Of a stretch of 37,308 bases of DNA, positions 1-8,442 are shown piece after piece. The position numbers were made by a program, and so were the translations under genes. Every line of letters starts with the position of its first letter. Position 1 is the first letter of the stretch. The notes under the pieces are model-generated. The model had not been told where the DNA came from. It saw nothing but the letters and a program-made list of their open reading frames with translations, and searched no databases. The DNA lies in the NCBI GenBank assembly GCA_944390645.1, contig CALXRE010000054.1, positions 1-37,308 on the forward strand, given 5' to 3'. Source of the DNA: an uncultured Alphaproteobacteria bacterium (GTDB taxonomy: Bacteria > Pseudomonadota > Alphaproteobacteria > CACZRW01).

Positions 1-571
1 CTGTCGCTATCGCCTGCAATCCCGCAACCCCTGCTCCTAAAACTAAAAACTTCGCAGGAGCTATTGTCCCTGCAGCGGTCATCATCATCGGAATAGTCCT
101 ACCATATACTGAAACTGCATCTATAACCGCTTTATATCCCGATATATTACTTTGGGATGTTAATATGTCCATACTCTGAGCTCGCGAAATCCTCGGTATC
201 TTCTCCATCGCAAAACTCGTGATCTTCCCTCTAGATAAACTTTGAATTAATTCTTTATGACTATTCGCTTCAAGATTAGATATTAATATCGTCCCTTCCC
301 TAAGACTTGATAGCTCATCTATGCCTTCTTGCTGACTCATTGGTCGTTGTACTTTCATAATTATGTCTGCTGTCTTGCAAACCGTAGCATAATCTTTTAC
401 TATCCTTGCTCCTGAATGCTCGTAATCCTCGTCTCTAAAACCAGCTCCTATACCTGCTAACGTCTCTACTGTTACTATTATTCCTTTCTCCTTATATTTC
501 TTAACTATTAAAGGTGTAACTGAAACTCTCTTCTCAAAAGCTCTCCTCTCTCTAGGTATCCCTATCTCCAT
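1..571 (-). CDS. pntA: NAD(P) transhydrogenase subunit alpha, N-terminal part (gene continues beyond the left window edge)
   Basis: Hand translation of the reverse strand from the ATG at 571-569 gives MEIGIPRERRAFEKRVSVTPLIVKKYKEKG...MEKIPRISRAQSMDILTSQSNISGYKAVIDA...KFLVLGAGVAGLQAIAT. This is collinear with the E. coli PntA N-terminus (IPRER, VPRISRAQSLDALSS, GAGVAGL Rossmann motif). It is absent from the ORF track because it is open at the edge. Confidence 0.9.
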   Translation of the reverse strand, partial: MEIGIPRERRAFEKRVSVTPLIVKKYKEKGIIVTVETLAGIGAGFRDEDYEHSGARIVKDYATVCKTADIIMKVQRPMSQQEGIDELSSLREGTILISNLEANSHKELIQSLSRGKITSFAMEKIPRISRAQSMDILTSQSNISGYKAVIDAVSVYGRTIPMMMTAAGTIAPAKFLVLGAGVAGLQAIAT

Positions 572-751
572 ATCTGTCCCTTCCTTTCCCTTCCTAAATA
601 TTTTATTCGCGATATTAACCTTCTTATTCATTCCTGTCATTGTTATTTTTATCGCTCTTTTCTCTCTTTATTTCTTTTTTATAAAATTTATACTTTATTA
701 ACTTTCATGTACTATTTAACTTCATTTCTTAAACTGTAAGGATCGCTTAAA

Positions 752-1141
752 ATGCCTAGTATCGGAATGATGGTCGCTGTCGCTTCTGGAGGGGCTATAG
801 GAACTCTGGCTAGATACTTAACTCTAATCGCTTTTAAACCTTTATTAGGAAAATTCCCTATCGAAACTATAATCGTAAACTTCTTCGGCTGCTTCTTAAT
901 GGGATTATTAATCGAATTATTCTCTTTAAAACTAAATGTATCCCAAGAATTAAAAACTTTCCTTACTGTCGGAATATTAGGAGGATATACCACTTTCTCT
1001 AGTTTCGCTCTAGATGTGGCTTCTCTTTCAGAAAAAAATCAATTCTTTGACGCTTTTATATATGCTCTTCTTTCTATATCCTTAGCCCTTCTAGGTTTCT
1101 TTACCGCAATGTATGGTTTGCGCTTCTTCTTCAAAGCTTGA
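752..1141 (+). CDS. crcB: Fluoride ion channel CrcB/FluC
   Basis: 129-aa hydrophobic ORF with VASGGAIGTLARY and GILGGYTTFSSF blocks typical of CrcB. AAGGA lies 9 nt upstream of the ATG. Confidence 0.85.
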   Translation: MPSIGMMVAVASGGAIGTLARYLTLIAFKPLLGKFPIETIIVNFFGCFLMGLLIELFSLKLNVSQELKTFLTVGILGGYTTFSSFALDVASLSEKNQFFDAFIYALLSISLALLGFFTAMYGLRFFFKA

Positions 1142-1209
1142 ATATCTATCTCAAATGTAATAACCTCTCTCAAATTAATTTTTTAATTTCTATTTTTGAT
1201 GGCTTAATT

Positions 1210-2715
1210 ATGAATAAAATAAGAACTAGATTTGCTCCTTCTCCTACTGGCTCTCTACACCTAGGTGGCGTTAGAACTGCTTTCTATAATTGGCTCTTCG
1301 CTCGCCAAAATAACGGAACTTTCGTCCTACGTATCGAAGATACTGATGCAGAAAGAAGCACCGAAGAATCCGCTAAAGGAATTATCGAATCTATGAAATG
1401 GCTTGGTCTTAATTGGGATGAAGGTCCTTTCTTTCAATCAGAACGCCTCGCTATCTACTTCGATCACTTAGAAAAATTACGAAAAAACGGTTTCATTTAT
1501 CCTGCTTTCGATACTCAACAAGAACTCGATGAAATGCGTGAACTTGCTAAAAAACAAAAGCGAAACCCTATATATGATCGAAGAGCTCTTAAACTTACTG
1601 ATTACGAAATAAAACAAAAAATGGATGCAGGAGAACCTTTCGTTTGGAGATTTAAAGTCCCTGATTCTGAATTCACAGAAATCCCTGAACTCTTAATGGG
1701 AGAACAAGACGATCATAAAATTCGTAATGCTACTATCGGTGATTTTATAATTACTAGACCTGGAACTAAAAATAATCCTGGTATGCCTCTTTATAACTTC
1801 GCTTGCGTAATCGACGATGCTTTAATGGAAATATCTCATGTAATTAGAGGTATGGAACACTTACCTAATACTCCTAAACAAGTCCTCCTATATAAAGCTT
1901 TGGGGTATAATGTTCCAAAATTCGTCCATTTACCTATAATTATGAAAAATAATAAAAAAATGAGTAAACGAGATAAAGATTATGATCCTAACTTCCCTGT
2001 CAGCATCTTAGAAAGAAGAGATCTTGGTTACTTGCCTGACGCTACTCTTAACTTTATTGCTCTCTTGGGCTGGTCTCATCCTCTTTCTAAAGAGCTACTA
2101 ACTCCTTTCGAAATCCTAGAAAACTTCTCTCTTGACCGTCTTAATAAAGCTAATCCTAATTTCGATGAACAAAAATATCTCTTCATTAACGGATGGCACG
2201 TTAAAAACCGAAATGATGACGAACTAGTACAAATCGTATCTCCTTTCTTACAAAAAGCTGGATATGATACCTCTAAATACAATAAAGAAAATTTAGAAAA
2301 AATGATGGCTATGGAAAAAGAAAGATGTCATTTATTGGCTCAATTCCCTGATGCCTTAAACTTCTTCTTTGTAGCTCCTGAAACTTACGAAGAAAAAGGT
2401 ATCCGAAAATCTTTCTATCAACCTCAAGCCGATCTCATATTACAAACTACTGCAAAAATGATCGCTTCTCTCGATGATACTGAAATGAATAAAGCTTCTT
2501 TGGACTCTAAATTAGCAAATATGGTCATGAATCTGGAAATAAAATACGGTATCGTAGGTCCTATCATTAGGCTTGCTATTACTGGTAAAACTAAAACCCC
2601 TGGATTGGCTGAAATAATTGAAGTGTTAGGAAAAAATGAAACTATTAACCGGTTGGAAAAAGCTAGAGTGTTTATTAAATCTCTTCCTCCTCTACCCATC
2701 GATGAGGCTTCCTAA
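1210..2715 (+). CDS. gltX: Glutamyl-tRNA synthetase (class I)
   Basis: MNKIRTRFAPSPTGSLHLGG (HIGH-type motif) and KKMSKRD (KMSKS motif). The ORF-track start at 1138 is a TTG that adds 24 non-conserved residues; the ATG at 1210 gives the canonical N-terminus. Confidence 0.93.
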   Translation: MNKIRTRFAPSPTGSLHLGGVRTAFYNWLFARQNNGTFVLRIEDTDAERSTEESAKGIIESMKWLGLNWDEGPFFQSERLAIYFDHLEKLRKNGFIYPAFDTQQELDEMRELAKKQKRNPIYDRRALKLTDYEIKQKMDAGEPFVWRFKVPDSEFTEIPELLMGEQDDHKIRNATIGDFIITRPGTKNNPGMPLYNFACVIDDALMEISHVIRGMEHLPNTPKQVLLYKALGYNVPKFVHLPIIMKNNKKMSKRDKDYDPNFPVSILERRDLGYLPDATLNFIALLGWSHPLSKELLTPFEILENFSLDRLNKANPNFDEQKYLFINGWHVKNRNDDELVQIVSPFLQKAGYDTSKYNKENLEKMMAMEKERCHLLAQFPDALNFFFVAPETYEEKGIRKSFYQPQADLILQTTAKMIASLDDTEMNKASLDSKLANMVMNLEIKYGIVGPIIRLAITGKTKTPGLAEIIEVLGKNETINRLEKARVFIKSLPPLPIDEAS

Positions 2716-3669
2716 ATTCTTTATCTTTAACATCTTCTTAGAACTATCTTTTACTACTTCAAAGTTTGGACGGAGCTTTTCTCCTGCTAAACTTTTTATA
2801 TCTGCCATCTTGTCATTAAATGTATTCAAATTATTTAATGCTAATTCGTCACTTCCTGTTATCTCTTTCGATAAATTAACACTTGCTTCCCATGTACAGG
2901 CAAAATTATAGGCTATCGAAAACGCTATATCTGCATCACATAACATCGCTGCTATCTCTGCTAAATTCTTATTTGATAATAATGGGTTAAAAACTTCTGT
3001 AACCTCTGTAAATACTGGGGGACTCTTTAAAATACCTCGTTGATATAACAAAATATCCTTTAAAAAATCAGAGGCCGTTTGTATATCCGTGGCATAAACT
3101 ATTGCTCTTACTTTCTTAATAAATTCTTCTGCTTCTAAACCCATATGTCTCTTGATAATGGGGGTTACTATATCTACTGATATCTTCTCTAAACGATAGG
3201 GAATGTATTCTCCTTTTTCAACATTACCTGTACCGTCATGACCTATATCATGAATTAATGCCGAAAATAAAAGAAACGCCTTATCTTCAACTGAAAAATC
3301 TATCTCTTTATATGCTTCATTAATCGAAAGTAAAAACATTGCATTAAGTACTACTTCCTGCATATGTCTATAATTATGATAATAATTCTTACAACCTGAA
3401 AATACTATCTTCTTTCCTTCATATAATACTTCTGTATGCTTATCTATATGATTACTTATATCTCTAGATATCTTTAAAAAAAACGAATCCTCTGAAATAC
3501 CTATATGGGAAAAACACGTCTTCATAATTTGCCAAGTCTTATCTGGAATATCTTTCCTGGCTAGCAGCTGAAGAATAAAGCCCATCGTATTCCCTTGGGC
3601 TTGTATACTTTGCTCCTTATTAAAAACAAAAGGCACTTTCGTTACATCAAGTAATGCTCTTTCTGACAT
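2692..3669 (-). CDS. Class I (eukaryotic-type) 3',5'-cyclic-nucleotide phosphodiesterase-like protein
   Basis: Four PDE catalytic-domain blocks occur in the right order and spacing: YHNYRHMQEV (YHNxxHAxDV), FSALIHDIGHDGTGN (HDxxHxGxxN), IVYATDI (VLATDM) and MLCDADIAFS (HCADLSNP). See finding. Confidence 0.7.
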   Translation of the reverse strand: MSERALLDVTKVPFVFNKEQSIQAQGNTMGFILQLLARKDIPDKTWQIMKTCFSHIGISEDSFFLKISRDISNHIDKHTEVLYEGKKIVFSGCKNYYHNYRHMQEVVLNAMFLLSINEAYKEIDFSVEDKAFLLFSALIHDIGHDGTGNVEKGEYIPYRLEKISVDIVTPIIKRHMGLEAEEFIKKVRAIVYATDIQTASDFLKDILLYQRGILKSPPVFTEVTEVFNPLLSNKNLAEIAAMLCDADIAFSIAYNFACTWEASVNLSKEITGSDELALNNLNTFNDKMADIKSLAGEKLRPNFEVVKDSSKKMLKIKNLGSLIDG

Positions 3670-3792
3670 AATAGAAACCTTATTTAATCCTCTTTTTTAT
3701 TCCTTGATTAACATTATTTCCTTTGTAAGTCATCATAAAACCTTTAAACTCTTTAGCTAAATAATATTAATTTTAACTCCTGAGGAAAAAAT

Positions 3793-4554
3793 ATGGAAAA
3801 ATTATCCGTATATATGATAACAAAAAATAGTGCTAAACGCATAGAACCTACTTTAATCGCAATCTCTAAAGTCGCTGATGAAATTATTATCTTAGATAGC
3901 GGAAGCTCTGATAATACTAAACAAATAGCTGAAAAATTCGGAGCTCACTTCTCTTTTAACCAATGGAAAAGCTTCTCGGCTCAAAAAAAAGAAGCCGAAA
4001 AATTATGTACTTATACTTGGCTGCTAAACCTCGATGATGATGAAGTATTATCTCCTCAACTAATAGAAGAAATAAACACTTTTAAATTAAATCCTAATTT
4101 CGATGCTTGCTCTTTTAAAATCGGAGATATGTTCCCTGGATATACTAAACCTAAAAAATGGGGACGAACTTATAATATTATTCGAATGTATAATCGAAAT
4201 TATGCTCATATGCCAGATGACTATACTAAAGATAGAGTTGTAATAACTAAACAAAATCCAAAAATAAAATATTTTAATAACTTCATCTATCATTATTCTT
4301 TCCAAAATATTACTACTCTAATCTCTAAACTTAATTATTTCACTGATGAAGTCGTTAATACTATGATCGCTAAACAAAAAAATTATTCTAAATCCCGATT
4401 AATTACTGAATTCCCTATTCAATTCTGTAAATACTACTTTTTAAAACGATACATTTTTAATGGTTATTATGGATTCATTGTTTCTGTAATATATGCCTTC
4501 TTCCGATTCATAAGAATCGCAAAATATTTTCAAAAAATACTTTTAACTAAATAA
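3793..4554 (+). CDS. Family 2 glycosyltransferase (LPS-core type)
   Basis: LSVYMITKNSAKRIEPTLIAISKVADEIIILDSGSSDNT nucleotide-sugar binding block and LNLDDDE (DxD). The C-terminus is hydrophobic. Confidence 0.75.
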   Translation: MEKLSVYMITKNSAKRIEPTLIAISKVADEIIILDSGSSDNTKQIAEKFGAHFSFNQWKSFSAQKKEAEKLCTYTWLLNLDDDEVLSPQLIEEINTFKLNPNFDACSFKIGDMFPGYTKPKKWGRTYNIIRMYNRNYAHMPDDYTKDRVVITKQNPKIKYFNNFIYHYSFQNITTLISKLNYFTDEVVNTMIAKQKNYSKSRLITEFPIQFCKYYFLKRYIFNGYYGFIVSVIYAFFRFIRIAKYFQKILLTK

Positions 4555-4556
4555 TC

Positions 4557-5345
4557 ATGTATAAACTAAATTACCAATTCCTTATTAAAGAACTTAAAAA
4601 TCTTCTCTCTGATGCAGAAAAAAAAGCCCTCGATTTCTACTACAATGGCTTCTCTGTAGAAATAAAACCTGATCTATCTCCCGTAACTGAAGCAGATAAA
4701 TCTTTGGAAACTTTAATTCGAAATGGTCTAAAAGATATAACTCCTAATATCCCTGTCATCGGAGAAGAAGGTAATAAAAATGCTGATATCTCTAAAGGTA
4801 TTTTTTGGTTGTTAGATCCTATAGATGGAACCAAAGAATTTATTAAACATAATGGTGAATTCACTATTAACTTAGCTTTAATCGTAAATAAAAAACCTGT
4901 ATTCGGTATCGTATGCGCACCTGTATTATCTGAATATTATTACAATATAGAAAAAAAACTCGCCGTATTCTCTAACAAAATCGGCGAAAATGAAACATTG
5001 TTAAAAGTACGAAAAATACCCCAAAACCCTGATGAACGTATCATTCTCATAAGTAGATCTATTCATCGCGAAAAAGAATATTTAAACCTATTACATTCTC
5101 TTAATTATGGAAAAAAAATACCTCTAGGTAGCTCTTTAAAAATATGTCATATCGCTAGGGGAATCGCTGATATATACCCTTTATCTCCTAATACTCATGA
5201 ATGGGATACCGCCGCTGCCCATGCTATCCTTAATGCTGCCGGAGTACATATATATAATTGCAAAACTAAAAAAGAACTTGCTTATGCAAAAAAAAATTTC
5301 CTAAACCCTTTACTCTTGGCTTCTAACTTTAATTTCTTTAATTAA
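4557..5345 (+). CDS. cysQ: 3'(2'),5'-bisphosphate nucleotidase / inositol monophosphatase family
   Basis: WLLDPIDGTKEF and EWDTAAAHAILNAAG motifs. The gene starts 2 nt after the glycosyltransferase stop. Confidence 0.8.
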   Translation: MYKLNYQFLIKELKNLLSDAEKKALDFYYNGFSVEIKPDLSPVTEADKSLETLIRNGLKDITPNIPVIGEEGNKNADISKGIFWLLDPIDGTKEFIKHNGEFTINLALIVNKKPVFGIVCAPVLSEYYYNIEKKLAVFSNKIGENETLLKVRKIPQNPDERIILISRSIHREKEYLNLLHSLNYGKKIPLGSSLKICHIARGIADIYPLSPNTHEWDTAAAHAILNAAGVHIYNCKTKKELAYAKKNFLNPLLLASNFNFFN

Positions 5346-5347
5346 AA

Positions 5348-5377
5348 AAGGGGAGTTTTTTTTCTTATTCTCCCCTT
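5348..5377 (+). terminator. 8-bp GC-containing hairpin just after cysQ (possible terminator, non-canonical)
   Basis: AAGGGGAG (5348-5355) pairs with CTCCCCTT (5370-5377) across a 14-nt T-rich loop. On the plus strand no U-run follows the stem, so function is uncertain. Confidence 0.3.
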
Positions 5378-5545
5378 CTTCCCCCTCTTACTCTGATCGC
5401 AAAAAATATTAAAATATTCTCGCTTCCCCTTTTTTTCTTTAATTTAACATCTTTATTCTTTTTTGTAAATATTTTTGTATATTTTTTAAGCTTGTACTAG
5501 TTCTCTTTTATATTATTATCTCTTCCATATATTTATTTTACTTAT

Positions 5546-5935
5546 ATGGAGTTAGACTTGAACTTCTTTAAAGCTATGTTTTCTTTCTCTGGTCACATTA
5601 ACCGTCCTCTATATTGGAAATACATGATTATAGCTATATGGATACCTTTGTTGTTCCTATGGGGCGTAGCCGTGCTATCTGGTTTCTATCAACCAAGTAT
5701 ACGAGGAATCGTTATCGTAATCCCTGAAAATCCTTCCTCTTTCGATTTCTTAACCGTAATACTCGGCATATATTGTATTTTTGCTTTAACTTGGGGCGCT
5801 TTCGCTTTAATGGTAAAAAGACTTAGAGACTTTAGCGTAAGCCCTTGGTTCTCTTTACTGTATATCTTATTCCCTGGAATAACTATGCCTATATATGGTC
5901 TCTTTCCTACAAATATTGATATATATAAGTATTAG
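5546..5935 (+). CDS. DUF805 (YhaH/YhaI-like) inner-membrane protein
   Basis: FSFSGHINRPLYWKY at the N-terminus and MVKRLRDFSVSPWF after two TM helices. This is the DUF805 pattern. Confidence 0.7.
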   Translation: MELDLNFFKAMFSFSGHINRPLYWKYMIIAIWIPLLFLWGVAVLSGFYQPSIRGIVIVIPENPSSFDFLTVILGIYCIFALTWGAFALMVKRLRDFSVSPWFSLLYILFPGITMPIYGLFPTNIDIYKY

Positions 5936-7416
5936 TCCACAACCGTAATATATAACGTGTTCGTATTACCTTTATGCGAAAAAGGTATACCCGCTGTAAT
6001 TATTATCTTATCTCCTTCTCGCGAAATACCTGCTTCCTTTACACTCTTTATCGCCGTCTTACCTATATCATCAAATGTATGTAAGGGATCTTCAACCCTA
6101 CGAGATATAACACCCCAAACCAAAGACATCCTTCGAGATACCTTAAGATAAGGAGTAATACTTAATATCGGTAAACATGGCCTCTCTTTCGCAGCCCTTA
6201 AACTGGTAGAACCAGACTCCGTATATGTAACTATCGCTGAGGCTCCAGGTAAATTCCTCGAAACTTCTCTTGCTGAAAACGTAATCGCTTCTTCTATCTT
6301 TAATAAACCTCTTTTCTCAAAAAAAGCATCCTTGCCTTGATATAAACTTATTATATCATTATACATAGGTATACTTTCTACATTCCGAATAACTTTATCC
6401 ATCGTCCTAACAGCTTCTACTGGATATTTACCTACCGCTGTCTCCCCAGAAAGCATAACAGCATCTGCTCCATCAAGTACTGCTGTCGCAACATCTGATG
6501 CCTCTGCCCTCGTAGGCGTTGGATTATTTATCATAGACTCTAACATCTGTGTCGCTACTATTACTGGCTTGCCTGCTTGACGACAGGAATAAACTATCTT
6601 CTTTTGTAAAACTGGAACTTGCTCTATCGGTAATTCTACTCCTAAATCTCCCCTCGCAACCATAATCCCATCTGAAAGCTCTATTATCTTCTCTAATGAA
6701 TCTATCGCTGATGGCTTCTCTATCTTACTTATTATCCAAGCCCTGTCCTTTATTATTAACCTAGCCTGCTCTACATCCTCTGGACGTTGCACAAATGAAA
6801 GACCTATCCAATCTACTCCAAAATCTAATGCTAATTCTAAATCTTTTAAATCCTTCTCTGTTAACGATGAAAGCGGTAAACTAACTCCTGGAACATTAAC
6901 TCCTTTATGATCTGAAAGTTCTCCTCCTACTTCAACCTCAACATCGGCATAATCAGATCCATATTCTAATACCTTTAACCTTATCTTCCCATCGTTTAAC
7001 AACAATGGCATACCCTTATACATTACTGAAAAAATCTCTTTATGCGGAAGATTAACCCTACTCGTATCTCCTTCTTCCTCTTTCATATCTAAACGAAACT
7101 TTGATCCCGAAGATAAAAATATACTACCTCCTTTAAAACTACCTATTCTTAACTTCGGTCCCTGCATATCAGCTAAAATACCTAAATCTTTACCTATTTC
7201 TTGTGATATCTCCCTGATATACTTAACGTTACGCTCATGACTACAAATGTCTCCATGGCTGAAATTTAAACGAAAAACATCTGCTCCAGCTAAAGCTAAA
7301 TCCTTGATAACCTCTTTGTCTGAACTAGCTGGACCAAGAGTTGATACTATCTTCGTAAAACAATCTATCTTTGAAAATTTATCCCTAGAAATACTCGATA
7401 ACGAACCGCTAATCAT
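5932..7416 (-). CDS. pyk: Pyruvate kinase
   Basis: Contains KIVSTLGPAS, FRLNFSHG, MVARGDLGVELP and VATQMLESM blocks. 494 aa. Confidence 0.93.
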   Translation of the reverse strand: MISGSLSSISRDKFSKIDCFTKIVSTLGPASSDKEVIKDLALAGADVFRLNFSHGDICSHERNVKYIREISQEIGKDLGILADMQGPKLRIGSFKGGSIFLSSGSKFRLDMKEEEGDTSRVNLPHKEIFSVMYKGMPLLLNDGKIRLKVLEYGSDYADVEVEVGGELSDHKGVNVPGVSLPLSSLTEKDLKDLELALDFGVDWIGLSFVQRPEDVEQARLIIKDRAWIISKIEKPSAIDSLEKIIELSDGIMVARGDLGVELPIEQVPVLQKKIVYSCRQAGKPVIVATQMLESMINNPTPTRAEASDVATAVLDGADAVMLSGETAVGKYPVEAVRTMDKVIRNVESIPMYNDIISLYQGKDAFFEKRGLLKIEEAITFSAREVSRNLPGASAIVTYTESGSTSLRAAKERPCLPILSITPYLKVSRRMSLVWGVISRRVEDPLHTFDDIGKTAIKSVKEAGISREGDKIIITAGIPFSHKGNTNTLYITVVD

Positions 7417-8318
7417 ATCTTTTCTACCAAAAATTCTACCGTAGCCTCTATCGTTTCTTGAGGCCCTATACTTTTAATACCTGTACCTGTAACACCTCTC
7501 GAAGCTAAATTAAATGCGTCCGTAGAACTGGTAACTGGCTCTACTGAAAAATAATTCTTATTCTCTGGAATGAAAACTATTACATGATTAAATTCTTCAT
7601 ATGCTTTAACTCTTAAATGTAACTTCTGTGAAGGCCACGTCAATTCTGCCTCACCCTCAAACCCACCAAAAGATGTGTCTAAAACCATTCCATTTAAAGC
7701 CCTTCCTTCCTCAAAAGACCAATCCGAAGAAACTTTATACGGCTTGTCTCTTAATGGAGTCCCCATATGCTCCCATACATTCTTATTATGCATCTTTAAA
7801 ATAACATCTTTACTCTTTGGAAAAAATGGATGAACTCCCATCGCACACGGCATCGGTAAAAGTCCTGTATTCTTTAAGGATATATGTATCATAAACCCTT
7901 TTTCTAAAACTTTGTACGTTACCTCTGCTTCATATACAAACGGAAAACCTGTCTTGCCATCATGATTATAATATAACGTAACCCCTGTCGAATCCGAAGA
8001 TTTAACCGTCCAAACATTCCTCCAACCATCTCCATCTAATGGCTCCTTATCAAACGATACATTCGCTGGAACTGTACGTTTTATACCCCAATAAACAAAA
8101 AAACCTTCATGAATATGGCTTACGTATGGCAAAATAGGATACATAGCAAAATTATTCGCTTCCCTATCGTTTAGGGCTTTCTCTGTCGCAGGCCTCATAA
8201 CGTCAATAGTTTTATCACCATTAACAAACTTAAAATATGCTAGTGATGCTCCTGCTTCCGGAGATACTGCTATCTTTACGTTAGAATTACCAAGCTCTAT
8301 CATCTTGTTCCCTGCCAT
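7413..8318 (-). CDS. Aldose 1-epimerase (galactose mutarotase-like) family protein
   Basis: Contains GVHPFF, SVEPVTSSTDAFN and DGWRNVWTV blocks of the aldose-epimerase fold. Its stop overlaps the pyk start by 4 nt. Confidence 0.7.
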   Translation of the reverse strand: MAGNKMIELGNSNVKIAVSPEAGASLAYFKFVNGDKTIDVMRPATEKALNDREANNFAMYPILPYVSHIHEGFFVYWGIKRTVPANVSFDKEPLDGDGWRNVWTVKSSDSTGVTLYYNHDGKTGFPFVYEAEVTYKVLEKGFMIHISLKNTGLLPMPCAMGVHPFFPKSKDVILKMHNKNVWEHMGTPLRDKPYKVSSDWSFEEGRALNGMVLDTSFGGFEGEAELTWPSQKLHLRVKAYEEFNHVIVFIPENKNYFSVEPVTSSTDAFNLASRGVTGTGIKSIGPQETIEATVEFLVEKI

Positions 8319-8442
8319 CTCTTTCGCCTATAACTTCATTTATACGTATAATAATATATACATAAACTTTTTTTCTTTTTTAATCTAATCATTGTTATTA
8401 ACTTCTGCAACACAATAGTTATATTTATTCAAAAAAACTATC

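Noticed and set aside
572-751. Possible fluoride riboswitch (crcB motif) upstream of crcB
   Set aside because: I looked for the conserved GGxGAUGG ... CUGAUGAU ... CCUAC-type core and for any GC-rich stem. The spacer is uniformly AT/CT-rich with no matching blocks.
1138-1209. N-terminal extensions suggested by the ORF track: gltX from 1138, polA from 30376, ihfB from 22679, pyrG from 27526, ccrM from 33950
   Set aside because: The extensions start at TTG or at ATGs without an SD and add residues absent from the conserved N-termini. Internal ATGs with better SD spacing reproduce the canonical starts.
2636-2911. 91-aa plus-strand ORF spanning the gltX 3' end and the PDE-like gene 3' end
   Set aside because: It is out of frame within gltX and antisense to the PDE-like gene. 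It has no homology signal.
5348-5377. The hairpin after cysQ read as a canonical minus-strand terminator (stem followed by U6 on the minus strand)
   Set aside because: No minus-strand gene ends upstream of it, because the neighbouring DUF805 gene is on the plus strand. It is kept only as a low-confidence plus-strand hairpin.
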